NCBI GenBank assembly: GCA_947630655.1
Contig: CANRIQ010000001.1
Span: 1 to 45,309, forward strand
Direction of reading: 5' to 3'
Length of the DNA stretch: 45,309 nucleotides
Source of the DNA: an uncultured Clostridia bacterium
GTDB taxonomy: Bacteria > Bacillota > Clostridia > Oscillospirales > Ruminococcaceae
A program made the translations under genes and the position numbers. Each line of letters starts with the position of its first letter. Positions within the stretch are counted from its first letter, which is position 1. The notes below the pieces were generated by a model. It was not told the DNA's origin. It saw only the letters and a program-made list of their open reading frames with translations, and searched no databases. Positions 9,706 through 19,371 of the stretch are shown here, one piece after another.

Positions 9706-10833
9706 TCAGCGAATTTCGGTAAAACACCCGTTTTCGGCGTTCCATGCCTTGCCGTTCTGGAGAGTTGCAAGGTCATCTATATTACAGCAAGTAATAAATA
9801 CCTGAGATTTTTCAATATGGTGTAAAATATAGTCCCTTCTCACGCTGTCAAGCTCGCTTAAAATATCGTCCAGAATAATCACCGGATCGGTTTTATTCTT
9901 TCGGCGGATAATTTCCGCCTCGGAGAGCTTTAACGCCAAAGCCGCGCTTCTGAGCTGCCCCTGCGACGCAAAATCCCTCGCGGGCATATCGTTCACGAAA
10001 AAATTAACATCGTCGCGGTGAACCCCCGCCAGAGTAAACCGAAGCTTCAGCTCCGCGGTGAGATTTTTTTCAAGCTCTGCAAGATATTTTTTATACAATT
10101 TGTCAACATTATTAAAATCTATACTGTCAGTTTTAAATACAGAACTCACATATTCCATAGAAAGCTTTTCTGCGCCGTTTGTCAAATCCGAATAAATCTC
10201 GGCGGCGCACTTTTTCAGAAACGAAAAGTACTTCAGCCGCCCATAAGTGACATTTATCCCCTCCGCCGCAAGAATTTCATTCCACGGCGCAAGCAAAGCC
10301 GCCGTTTTTTCGGGGCTTTCATAACTGTTCGAAAGAATATTGTTCCGCTGCTTCAAACCCTTGTTATACCGCGAGAGCTTTTTCAGATGCGTTTTTGTCT
10401 GCATCAGCGCAACATCGTCCAGATAATCCCTGCGAACCTCGGGAGAACCCTTTATAAGGCTTAAATGCTCCGGTATAAAAACAACGTATTTCAACACCCC
10501 GTATAATTCGGCGGCGTCCTTCATCTTTATACCGTTGTAGGTTACAGAAAGATTATTTTTACAGATTGTATAATCTATAACATTTTCACGTTCTGTAATA
10601 TTATCAACAAAGAAAAGCTTTATTTTAACCTCTGCTTTTTTGTCGTCTGCGGGAACGTACTGTTGAAAACGCGCGTGCCGAAAACTCTGCCCCAGGCAAA
10701 CCGAAACCGCCTCGCACAGATTTGTTTTCCCCTGAGCGTTGCGCCCGACGAAAATATTCAGATTTTTGTCAAAACAAAGTTCCGCGTTTTTGATATTGCG
10801 AAAATTGCTTATACAAAGCCTGGTAATATACAT
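9706..10833 (-). CDS. recF: DNA replication/repair protein RecF
   Basis: NFRN, Walker A GRNAQGKTN, GVHRDD, ASQGQLR, ILDDILSELD. Confidence 0.96.
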   Translation of the reverse strand: MYITRLCISNFRNIKNAELCFDKNLNIFVGRNAQGKTNLCEAVSVCLGQSFRHARFQQYVPADDKKAEVKIKLFFVDNITERENVIDYTICKNNLSVTYNGIKMKDAAELYGVLKYVVFIPEHLSLIKGSPEVRRDYLDDVALMQTKTHLKKLSRYNKGLKQRNNILSNSYESPEKTAALLAPWNEILAAEGINVTYGRLKYFSFLKKCAAEIYSDLTNGAEKLSMEYVSSVFKTDSIDFNNVDKLYKKYLAELEKNLTAELKLRFTLAGVHRDDVNFFVNDMPARDFASQGQLRSAALALKLSEAEIIRRKNKTDPVIILDDILSELDSVRRDYILHHIEKSQVFITCCNIDDLATLQNGKAWNAENGCFTEIR

Positions 10834-11075
10834 TATTCGGCGGAATTTTCTTCCTCTGCCGGCTCTTCGTAAACCACCTTATACTTCTTGTTCTTAAACT
10901 CGATAATATCGCCGGGCTTTATTTTCTTTCCGCGCTTTGTGCAGCATTCGCCGTTTACGTTGAATTCTCCGAGATCGATAAGAATTTTTGCCTTCGCGCC
11001 CGTCTCGGACAATCCCGCAAACTTTACAAGCTGGTCAAGCTTGATAAATGGGGTCAATATTTTAATTTCTTCCAT
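10833..11075 (-). CDS. yaaA: S4-domain RNA-binding protein YaaA
   Basis: FIKLDQLVK...TGAKAK...VNGECCTKRGKKI; synteny between dnaN and recF. Confidence 0.9.
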   Translation of the reverse strand: MEEIKILTPFIKLDQLVKFAGLSETGAKAKILIDLGEFNVNGECCTKRGKKIKPGDIIEFKNKKYKVVYEEPAEEENSAE

Positions 11076-11096
11076 TTTGATACCTTCCTTGATAAA

Positions 11097-12197
11097 TTAT
11101 TTTAATCGCATCGGGAGCAACAGGAACGTAAATTCCTGCCCCTGCATGGGAACAAAGATAACAGGCGACACGTTTGAGGAGGTCAAAACAAGCTTTACGC
11201 AGTCGCAGTCGGCAGCCTTAAACGCGTCAAGCAGAAATTTCGCGTTAAAACCTATAACAATAGGTTCGCCGTTGTACTTAATGTTGATTTTTTCGTGAAT
11301 TTTACCGAGAGCCGTAGAGCAGCTTACCGTAAGCGAATCCCCGCTGAACTCGCACCGAACGGGAGACTTGTTTTTCTCGTCGGTAAACAGCAGCGCGCGG
11401 TCCAGAACGTCCATAATCTCGCGGCACTTTATTTCCGCGCAAATTTTATCGTCGCAGACAAGATGCTTTTTATACTCCATAAACTCCCCGTTTATAAGTC
11501 GGGAAATCATCGTATAATTCTCATCTACGAAGGAAATCTGGTTTTTGTCTATACTTATAGTAACATTCTTGTCATTTTCAACCGAAAGTAAACGCACAAG
11601 CTCGTCCAGAGTCCTTGCAGGAACAATAAAGCTTACGTTTTCATAATCAACGGGTTCACGCCGAAGTGCAATTCTTATTCCGTCCACTGCCACGACATTA
11701 AGCGTTTTATCCTCAATCTCGAAAAGGCATCCGGTAAGCGCGGGTTTTGTATCCGTCACCGCGCAGGCGTACCTTGTCTGGATAATCATACTTTTCAGCA
11801 GCTTCTGCGGCACGGTGAAACCGCCCTCCGCCCCCGACTGAGGAATAGGAGGATATTCGTCCGCGCTCATACACAAAATCGAAAGCTCGGTAGATCCGAT
11901 TGAAATTTTGCAAATTTTGCCGTCCTCAATATCAAAACTCAAAACGCCCGACGGCATTTTTCTGATAATCTCCGAAAGCATTTTTGCGTTTATGACAACG
12001 CTTCCGTTCTGACCGTTTTCAACCTGTATTTTGGTACGAATTCCTATTTCCAGATTATAACCCGTTATAAACAAAACGTTGTTATCAAGCTCCAAAAGCA
12101 AGCCCTGAAGAGCCGCGATAGTGGATTTTTGCGAAGCGGCGTTCGACGTTGTCATAACGGCGTTAAGAATTACATCTTTGGCGCAGTCAAATCTCAT
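11097..12197 (-). CDS. dnaN: DNA polymerase III beta clamp
   Basis: 366 aa; GYNLEIGI, AVDGIRIA, SRLINGEF, IGFNAKFLLD, C-terminal LLLPMR. Confidence 0.96.
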   Translation of the reverse strand: MRFDCAKDVILNAVMTTSNAASQKSTIAALQGLLLELDNNVLFITGYNLEIGIRTKIQVENGQNGSVVINAKMLSEIIRKMPSGVLSFDIEDGKICKISIGSTELSILCMSADEYPPIPQSGAEGGFTVPQKLLKSMIIQTRYACAVTDTKPALTGCLFEIEDKTLNVVAVDGIRIALRREPVDYENVSFIVPARTLDELVRLLSVENDKNVTISIDKNQISFVDENYTMISRLINGEFMEYKKHLVCDDKICAEIKCREIMDVLDRALLFTDEKNKSPVRCEFSGDSLTVSCSTALGKIHEKINIKYNGEPIVIGFNAKFLLDAFKAADCDCVKLVLTSSNVSPVIFVPMQGQEFTFLLLPMRLK

Positions 12198-12220
12198 AAG
12201 AGAAAAATCTCCTTTCAGTC

Positions 12221-12276
12221 AAAAAAGAATTATTATTTTTAATCATAATAATAAGGGCGGTTTATTTTGTGGAAAA
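12221..12276 (-). other. oriC: oriC basal unwinding element: DnaA box, degenerate box, GC-rich spacer, DnaA-trios, AT-rich tract
   Basis: Minus strand reads TTTTCCACA-AAATAAACC-GCCC-TTA TTA TTA TGA TTA-AAAATAATAAT in the dnaA-dnaN gap, the same layout as the B. subtilis incC region. Confidence 0.8.
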
Positions 12277-12412
12277 CCGAAAAAACGGCGTATTCAAGCG
12301 GCTTTCCGAAGAATTTTATTCAACCGTTCAATGTTCATAAAAAACTCAAACTATTAAATACCGATTTTAGTCCGCGAAAGCTGTTGAAATAAAGTTTACA
12401 AAACTGTTGAAA

Positions 12413-13771
12413 TCACTGATTTGTCTTGATATTTTTAATAATATCTTCAACAATCGAGCGAAAACCGCTGTCGCGTTCCATTTCCTCCTTAACGGACTTA
12501 ATCGCATACACAACCGTTGAATGATCGCGCCCGTTAAACTCTTGCCCTATCGACTCATACGGCAGCCCCGTCACGTCCTGAATAACGTAAATCGCAACCT
12601 TTCTTGCCTGCGAGATGTTTGCGGTTCTGCGCTGGGAGCGCATTTCCTCGGGCTCGATATTATAAATCTTGCTAACCTCGTTTACGATTTTATCGACAGT
12701 CACGGGAATGGGCTGATGATCGGACACAATATCCTTTATAACGTTCTGCGCGACAGCAATTGTGGGCTTCACCTGCGACACCATATAAAGCGCGTTCAGC
12801 TTTGTCACAACGCCCTCAATCTGGCGGATATTTGACTTCAGCTTTGTCGCGATGTAATCTATAACGTCCTCGGGAATAACGAAATTTAAAAGCTCGGCTT
12901 TTCTTTGAATGATAGCAAGCCTTGTTTCAAATTCGGGCGGTTTTACGTCCGCGATAAGCCCCGAGCTGAACCTCGTTCTCAATCTGTCGGAAATGGATTT
13001 TATTTCCTTTGCGGGGCGGTCGGACGTCAGAACTATAACCTTATTCTGGTTATACAGCTCGTTAAATATGTGGAAGAATTTTTCCTCCGTCTGCTCTTTG
13101 CCCGCGATAAACTGAATATCGTCGATAAGCAGCGCGTCGGTGCTTCTGTACTTATCGTCGAACGATTCTACGTCGTTTGTGGAGATTGAATGCAGAAATT
13201 CATTGGTAAAGGTTTCCGCGGGAGTGTAGATAATATTTATCCCGGGAAAATTCTTCTGCATTTCAAACTGAATAGCCGACAAAAGATGCGTTTTCCCAAG
13301 CCCCGAATCCCCGTAAATAAACAGCGGATTGTATTTTTCATGCTGTTTTTTTGAAACAGCCTTTGCCGCGGCAAACGCAAGGTTATTGCAGGGACCTACG
13401 ATAAAATTATCGAAGGTATACGTTATTTTTTTATCGATAACAGCCCCCTGCTCCGGCGTCGGAACACTCGGACGGGCGTTGTTGTCGTAAAACGCGCCGT
13501 CGTCCACGATAATTTCCGCCTTCATGGGCACTCCGAGAACTTCCTTCAGTTGTTCTTCAATATACGGCAGGTAAAGCGACTTTAATGTTTCCTTTTTAAA
13601 CTCGATATTTGTCGCGATAACAAAGGTATTCCCCTCTATTTTAACAGGGACCAGCGGATCAAGCCACAATTCTCTTGCCGATCCGGAGATATCGTATTCC
13701 TTTACGCAGTTATCCACCACGCACCGAAGAATATCCGACAAGGAGGTCAACTGATTTGCCTGAGGATTCAT
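12413..13771 (-). CDS. dnaA: Chromosomal replication initiator DnaA
   Basis: YTFDNFIVG, YNPLFIYGDSGLGKTHL, LLIDDIQF, RLRTRF, GRDHSTV. Confidence 0.98.
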   Translation of the reverse strand: MNPQANQLTSLSDILRCVVDNCVKEYDISGSARELWLDPLVPVKIEGNTFVIATNIEFKKETLKSLYLPYIEEQLKEVLGVPMKAEIIVDDGAFYDNNARPSVPTPEQGAVIDKKITYTFDNFIVGPCNNLAFAAAKAVSKKQHEKYNPLFIYGDSGLGKTHLLSAIQFEMQKNFPGINIIYTPAETFTNEFLHSISTNDVESFDDKYRSTDALLIDDIQFIAGKEQTEEKFFHIFNELYNQNKVIVLTSDRPAKEIKSISDRLRTRFSSGLIADVKPPEFETRLAIIQRKAELLNFVIPEDVIDYIATKLKSNIRQIEGVVTKLNALYMVSQVKPTIAVAQNVIKDIVSDHQPIPVTVDKIVNEVSKIYNIEPEEMRSQRRTANISQARKVAIYVIQDVTGLPYESIGQEFNGRDHSTVVYAIKSVKEEMERDSGFRSIVEDIIKNIKTNQ

Positions 13772-13837
13772 TTTACTTCACCATTCTTTATACATCTGAA
13801 AATTACAATAATCCGTATGACAGAATTACCTATTTAA

Positions 13838-13866
13838 ATTATAACATAAACGGCAAAATTTTTCAA
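13838..13866 (-). promoter_or_regulatory. Sigma-A promoter of dnaA
   Basis: TTGAAA-17 nt-TATAAT with extended -10 TG. Confidence 0.8.
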
Positions 13867-13869
13867 GCA

Positions 13870-14420
13870 GAAATAAGCGGTGAAAATCCACAAGAATATG
13901 TGAAAATTATACAAAAATTTTTCATACATTTATATTTTTTTAACAGTAAAAGGTTGAAAACCTCGCTTTTGAATATTACAATCCGATAAGTTAAACACAA
14001 TTGTTGAAAACTATGTTTAAAGTGTGAAAAAATCGCAATTTGGACGGGTATTTTTTCTTAAAAACTTTGATTTATTATAACCTTGCTTAAAATTTAACTA
14101 AATTAACCCGATTTTCAAATAAATAATAATTACAAAATGTATAATTATCAAACAGTTTTAACAGAAATACAAACCCTTTATTTTTACCTAAACAAAAAAA
14201 TGTTGAAAACCCGTATGTTGAAACCTGAAATTTATAACATTCATCGGTTTTTAAATGCAAACAGTTGAAAACGGCTTGTTTTTGTTGAAAACTATGTTTA
14301 AAATGTTAAAAAACCGTGCTGTTATGGGAAATTATTTTTGGGGAAAACGGTTATATTTTTTTCCCGACGGGTAACAAAAAATGATTTTCAACCAAATTTT
14401 GTTTAAGGTTGAAACAAAAA
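13870..14420. promoter_or_regulatory. AT-rich cluster of DnaA-box-like 9-mers (upstream half of a bipartite oriC)
   Basis: TGTTGAAAA at 14002, 14201 and 14283; TGTTGAAAC 14216; GGTTGAAAA 13952; AGTTGAAAA 14263; TTTTCAACC 14385; GGTTGAAAC 14407. Confidence 0.7.
14001..14316 (+). repeat. 35-bp direct repeat, two copies (14001-14035 and 14282-14316), 3 mismatches
   Basis: TTGTTGAAAACTATGTTTAAAGTGTGAAAAAATCG versus TTGTTGAAAACTATGTTTAAAATGTTAAAAAACCG. Confidence 0.9.
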
Positions 14421-14453
14421 ATTCATCTTATTTTAAATTAAAGCGCGAAAACC

Positions 14454-14484
14454 AAAAAAACTCCGCCCTTATCTAAGAGCGGAG
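14454..14484 (-). terminator. Terminator of the che operon
   Basis: Minus strand CTCCGCTCTTA-GA-TAAGGGCGGAG followed by T7, directly after the cheB stop. Confidence 0.85.
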
Positions 14485-14485
14485 C

Positions 14486-15667
14486 TTATATAAGCGCGTC
14501 TAAAATTATATCCGCGATTTTGTAAAGCGGAGCCTGAACCTCCACCGCGCCGATTTTGTACGCCTCCATCGGCATTCCGTACACCACCGACGAGCTTTTG
14601 TCCTGTCCTATGGTAAACGCTCCAGCCTGCCGCATTTTAAGGAGACCGTCCGCGCCGTCGCGTCCCATTCCCGTCAAAATCGCGCCGATAGCCTGCCCTC
14701 TGGCGACCTCCGCCACGGAATTGAACATAACGTCCACCGACGGGCAATGCCCCGAAACCTTTTCCCCCGGTTTTGACGAGACATAAAACCCCATCATATC
14801 CCTGCACACCCGCAGGTGATGCTCTCCTGCACCTATTATAATAAGACCCCGCCGCAGTCTGTCGCCGTCCTCGGCTTCCTTAACCTCCATTTTGCAGGAG
14901 CGGTTAAGTCTCTCGGAATACAGCTTTGTAAACCCCGCGGGCATATGCTGCACAATAACCACCGGCGGCGTATCCTCCGGGAACACCCTTACAACCTGCT
15001 CGAGTGCCTCCGTGCCGCCCGTCGACGCGCCAAGCGCGATTATGGCGTCGCTTTTCTTGATGCGCTGGTGACCTACAGAAGCAATTCCGTCGGAACGCTG
15101 TTCCGACTGCTGATTATCATCATGAGAGAACAAATGCGAAATATGCGAAACTGCTTTTTCCGCCTTTACAGCCGCGTCCATTGCCGCGCCCTTGATGTTC
15201 TGCGTTAAATTTTTGTCAACAGGGCTCTGTTTTGGCTGCGTCTGCGGGATATTTTGAATAATATCCGCATTCGGGTGCTTTAACTTATATGCCTTTTTAA
15301 TAGCCGCGCAAAGCTGCGCCGCAAAGCTTGCCATTTCGCTGTTTGTGCGGGCAGCGGGCTTTGACATAAATTCCACAGCCCCCGCGTCAAGACATTCCGC
15401 CTTCCGTTTTTCGGAATTTGAAACCACAATTGTCGGAATATAATACTGCGGCAGCAGCTTTTTCAAAAACGCCGTGCCGTCCATTCTCGGCATTTCAAGA
15501 TCAAGCGTCATAACGTCGGGTTCATACTGAAGAATAAGATCACGCGCAGAATAAGCGTCTCCCGCCTTACCGACTATTTCTATAGAATAGTCCTGTTGGA
15601 TATAGCGGGACATAAGCTCTCTGAAAAATATGGAATTATCCACAACAAGCAGTTTAATGCGGTCCAT
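14486..15667 (-). CDS. cheB: Chemotaxis methylesterase CheB (receiver plus esterase domains)
   Basis: Receiver TLDLEMP; catalytic GASTGG, VQHMP, GMGRDG. Confidence 0.96.
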   Translation of the reverse strand: MDRIKLLVVDNSIFFRELMSRYIQQDYSIEIVGKAGDAYSARDLILQYEPDVMTLDLEMPRMDGTAFLKKLLPQYYIPTIVVSNSEKRKAECLDAGAVEFMSKPAARTNSEMASFAAQLCAAIKKAYKLKHPNADIIQNIPQTQPKQSPVDKNLTQNIKGAAMDAAVKAEKAVSHISHLFSHDDNQQSEQRSDGIASVGHQRIKKSDAIIALGASTGGTEALEQVVRVFPEDTPPVVIVQHMPAGFTKLYSERLNRSCKMEVKEAEDGDRLRRGLIIIGAGEHHLRVCRDMMGFYVSSKPGEKVSGHCPSVDVMFNSVAEVARGQAIGAILTGMGRDGADGLLKMRQAGAFTIGQDKSSSVVYGMPMEAYKIGAVEVQAPLYKIADIILDALI

Positions 15668-15729
15668 ATAACGCTCCTAAAAATTACCAAAAATGAAGCC
15701 CGAATATATTCTATGCCGAAAAGATCCGT

Positions 15730-16563
15730 TTACTTCTCGGATTTGCGGTAAATCGCGGGCTGAATATAATTAAACTTAGTCTCAGACCTGTTCACGCTCT
15801 CGGCATGCCCGATAAAGAAATATCCTCCCGGCTTTACAACATCGTAAAATCTGTTTACCAACGCCTGTTTTGTGGGCTGGTCGAAATAAATCATAACGTT
15901 TCTGCAAAAAATCAGGTCAAACGGCTTTTTCTTGTACTTTTCGGGCATGGGATCCATAAGATTGAACGTCTTGAAAATTACCTCGTCCTTTATCCCCTGG
16001 CAAATTTCGTATCTTCCGTTGCCGAGGTTGTTGAAATATCTTGCCTTCCACTCGTTGGAAAGACCCTTCATGCCGTCCTCTTGATAAATTCCCGTTTTTG
16101 CCTTGCCGATAACGCTTTGTGAAATATCGGTAGCTAAAATTCTCGTATCCCATTTTGCCTTTTCCGCGCCGAGATACTGGTCAATAAGCATAGCTGTGGT
16201 ATAACATTCCTCGCCCGACGAGCAAGCCGCGCTCCATATTCTGAAACTGTGATCGCCCTGACAGGTTTTCATCATATACGGCAGGATGGTGTCCTTTAAA
16301 AATGTATAATGCTCGGGTTCGCGCATAAAAAAGGTATGATTTGTCGTAAGCTTATTTAATATAGTAGTAATTTCCGCTCCCGACGTATCCGACATGACAA
16401 GGTTCAGATACTCGTCATAGCTTTTTATGCCGCGCTCGCTTAACATATTTCCGAGTCTGCCCTGTACGAGAACCTTTTTCGCCGAAAGATTTATCCCGAA
16501 GTTATCGTACATAAATTTGACCAGACGCTGAAACTCCGCCTCTGTAATCTCAGGATTTGACAC
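15730..16563 (-). CDS. cheR: Chemotaxis methyltransferase CheR
   Basis: LTTNHTFFMRE, RIWSAACSSGEE, ATDIS, DLIFCRNVMIYF. GTG start with GGAGG SD inside the end of cheW. Confidence 0.96.
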   Translation of the reverse strand: MSNPEITEAEFQRLVKFMYDNFGINLSAKKVLVQGRLGNMLSERGIKSYDEYLNLVMSDTSGAEITTILNKLTTNHTFFMREPEHYTFLKDTILPYMMKTCQGDHSFRIWSAACSSGEECYTTAMLIDQYLGAEKAKWDTRILATDISQSVIGKAKTGIYQEDGMKGLSNEWKARYFNNLGNGRYEICQGIKDEVIFKTFNLMDPMPEKYKKKPFDLIFCRNVMIYFDQPTKQALVNRFYDVVKPGGYFFIGHAESVNRSETKFNYIQPAIYRKSEK

Positions 16564-17070
16564 TTAAGCCTCCTGTTCGTCAAGCAGCTTTGCCACGTCC
16601 AGAATAAGCTTTGTGGTGTCGTTTTCCCCTCTTATCATATACTGAATAAAGTCGTTGGTGTTGACATTCTTGTTTTCGGGAGTAGCTGAAATATCGCCCG
16701 TGTGAATATCCTCAACGTCCGCCACGCTGTCAACGATAATTCCGACGGAGGTCTCGTTGAAATTAAGCGTGATTATGCAGGTGCGGTTGTTGTAGGGAAT
16801 TTCGGGCTTTCCAAAGCGCGTTCTTATATCTACAATCGGCACAACCTTAGACCGCACATTGATAATTCCCTTGATATAATTCGGCACATGCGGCACCTTT
16901 GTAATATGCTGCATACCGATAATTTCGGTGACATACTGTATTTCAATTCCGTACACCTGATCGCCTATATTGAAGGTCATAACCTTGCCGAGAATACTGT
17001 TATCGGCGGCAAGCTTTCTGTCGCCCGACTGTTGTTTTGCGACCGCTTCTTTTATAACTTCGTTAGTCAT
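16564..17070 (-). CDS. cheW: Chemotaxis coupling protein CheW
   Basis: YGIEIQYVTEII, VPHVPNYIKGIINVR, GIIVDSV. Confidence 0.95.
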   Translation of the reverse strand: MTNEVIKEAVAKQQSGDRKLAADNSILGKVMTFNIGDQVYGIEIQYVTEIIGMQHITKVPHVPNYIKGIINVRSKVVPIVDIRTRFGKPEIPYNNRTCIITLNFNETSVGIIVDSVADVEDIHTGDISATPENKNVNTNDFIQYMIRGENDTTKLILDVAKLLDEQEA

Positions 17071-17083
17071 GAAAAAATCCTCC

Positions 17084-19204
17084 TTAACCGATAAGCGTAT
17101 TTGTATCGATAATCAGCGAAATGCTGCCGTCGCCCATTATCGTACAGCCCGAAAGACCCTCGCCTTTGATGTTGTAGCGCGACAAATACGTCGGGAAAGG
17201 CTTTACAACTACCTGCTGTTCTCCTATAAGCCTGTCGGCGAAGATGCACACACTCTTGTTGTCGGTTTCCACCAGCAGAAGAATGCCGTCCTCAAGGTTG
17301 GTGACCTCGGTCTCTATCCCGAATTTTTCGTGCATACGCAAAATGGGATAACATACGCCTCTTATCATAATCATCTCGTTGCCGCTGGTATCGGTAACGA
17401 TCTGCCCCGACTCGACCTTAAAGCTCTCGCGGATAGTGGAAATAGGCACGGTGAATACAAGATCTCCCACCGTAATTTCCATGCCGTCGATAATCGCCAG
17501 CGTAAGCGGGATTTTAATAATGAAGTTCGTCCCGACACCCTTTTTGGAGTCAACTATGATTGCGCCGCCGCATTTTTCGATATTTGCCTTTACAACGTCC
17601 ATTCCGACGCCGCGTCCCGAAAACTCGGTAACCTGCTCGTTCGTTGAAAATCCCGGCAGCAGAATAAGGTTCTGGATTTCCTTTTCGGAATATTCGTTTT
17701 CGGGCTTGGTAAGAATGCCCATTCTCCTTGCCTTATTCATTATCTTTTCGGGATCAATTCCCGCGCCGTCGTCCGACACGGTAATAACAACCTCTCCCGA
17801 AGCGTTCTGCGCGGTGAGCTTGATAGTGCCCTTTTCGGGCTTGCCCGCGTTAATTCTGTCCTGAACGTTCTCCTCGATGCCGTGGTCCATGCAGTTTCTT
17901 ACAAGGTGCATAAGCGGATCTTGCAGACTGTCGACTATGGACTTGTCGACCTCGGTGTTTTCGCCCTCGATAACGAAATCGACCTCCTTGCCGAGCTTCT
18001 TCCTCATATCGCGGACAATTCGGTTCATTTTCTGGAACACGCCCGCCAGCGGCACCATTCTTATCGACATAACGGTATCCTGAAGCTCGCCGGTAAGCTT
18101 TTTAAGGTCGCGCGCCGCCTTGTTGAAGGATTCAAGCTCCAGACCCTCAAGATCGGGGTTGGAGATAACCATGGACTCGGTGGTGATAATCTCGCCGACA
18201 ATATCATGCAGCGCGTCCAGTTTCGCGAGGTTTACGGAAATAAGGTTCTGCTTTTGCGCGCCGCTCTGAGCGTTTGCAACAGCCGCCTGCGCCTTTTCCA
18301 CAGCCGCCTGATTTTTTTCCTCGGCGGTTTTTGGCGCAGGAGTGGGAGCCGCAGCCGTGCTTGCAGAAACGGTTTTTGCGGGCTCGGGAGGCAGCTCCGC
18401 CTTCGGAGCGTCGGAAGCCGCCGTTGCCGCCGCAGATTCCTCACCGGACAGCACCTCGTACGACTGCACGTTAAGCGCGGTTTCGATAAGCTTCAGTATG
18501 TAATCCTTGTTGTCCTCTTCCGAGAAGGTGATAAGAAATCCGTGGTCAACAATCTCTTTTGAGGTTTCGGGATTGGTTTCAACGTCCGCGGGAGAGAACT
18601 CCAAAAACGAGCATTCCTCGCGGATAGTGTTTATCAGCAAAAACGCGCGCAGGTTCTCCATCTGGCAGCCTTCCTCAAAGAACACGCGGACAGTCACTTT
18701 GCCCTTTTCGGTGTGAACCGCGGGTGCAGCGTCAGCTGCCGCGTTTTCGGTCTTAGCGTCGGGCGCAGCGTTCGGATTTGCCTCGTTTGCAAGCTGATCG
18801 CGAGCCTTGAGGAGCTTGTTTATTAACTCGTCGAAATTCATCTGCTCGTATTCGCCGTTTTCGTGGTTCTGAATAGCCTCGATCTGAGTTTTATAGGAGT
18901 CTGATACCTGGAAAACCAAATCGTATACAAAGCTTACATCGGTGATAACATCGGGGTTCTCGCGGATAACAAAGAACATATCCTCCGCCTTGTGCGCCAG
19001 CACGGACAGGTTTTCAAATCCCATCATCGCCGAAGAACCTTTGATGGTATGCATAATGCGGAATATTTCTTTAATATCTTCACTTTCAAAGGCGTTTGCC
19101 TGTTCGGTGCGGAGCAATATCTCGTCCAGCTGCTCTAAAAGAGAGTTGGTCTCGAAGAAATACATATCGAGCATTGATTCCATTCCGGGTTCGATTTTTG
19201 CCAT
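17084..19204 (-). CDS. cheA: Chemotaxis histidine kinase CheA
   Basis: P1 FRIMHTIKG, a P2 domain, HLVRNCMDHG, DDGAG, SGRGVGMDVV, C-terminal P5 domain. Confidence 0.97.
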   Translation of the reverse strand: MAKIEPGMESMLDMYFFETNSLLEQLDEILLRTEQANAFESEDIKEIFRIMHTIKGSSAMMGFENLSVLAHKAEDMFFVIRENPDVITDVSFVYDLVFQVSDSYKTQIEAIQNHENGEYEQMNFDELINKLLKARDQLANEANPNAAPDAKTENAAADAAPAVHTEKGKVTVRVFFEEGCQMENLRAFLLINTIREECSFLEFSPADVETNPETSKEIVDHGFLITFSEEDNKDYILKLIETALNVQSYEVLSGEESAAATAASDAPKAELPPEPAKTVSASTAAAPTPAPKTAEEKNQAAVEKAQAAVANAQSGAQKQNLISVNLAKLDALHDIVGEIITTESMVISNPDLEGLELESFNKAARDLKKLTGELQDTVMSIRMVPLAGVFQKMNRIVRDMRKKLGKEVDFVIEGENTEVDKSIVDSLQDPLMHLVRNCMDHGIEENVQDRINAGKPEKGTIKLTAQNASGEVVITVSDDGAGIDPEKIMNKARRMGILTKPENEYSEKEIQNLILLPGFSTNEQVTEFSGRGVGMDVVKANIEKCGGAIIVDSKKGVGTNFIIKIPLTLAIIDGMEITVGDLVFTVPISTIRESFKVESGQIVTDTSGNEMIMIRGVCYPILRMHEKFGIETEVTNLEDGILLLVETDNKSVCIFADRLIGEQQVVVKPFPTYLSRYNIKGEGLSGCTIMGDGSISLIIDTNTLIG

Positions 19205-19371
19205 AATATCAATTCCTTTCCGAATACTTTATTTTTTATTTGCCGCGTGATTTTATAATCAAAGAACCGCTTTTAAAAGCAATTCTAAAATTTTTTTCAA
19301 AAAGCCCTTTATTATTCTGAAAAAATATGCTAGAATAAAGTTACAGGATTAAACCTATTGGAGGAGATCAT

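Noticed and set aside
13772-14485. Repeats upstream of dnaA as a CRISPR array or iterons
   Set aside because: Irregular spacing, only two long copies, and no cas or rep gene; better explained as DnaA-box-like sites
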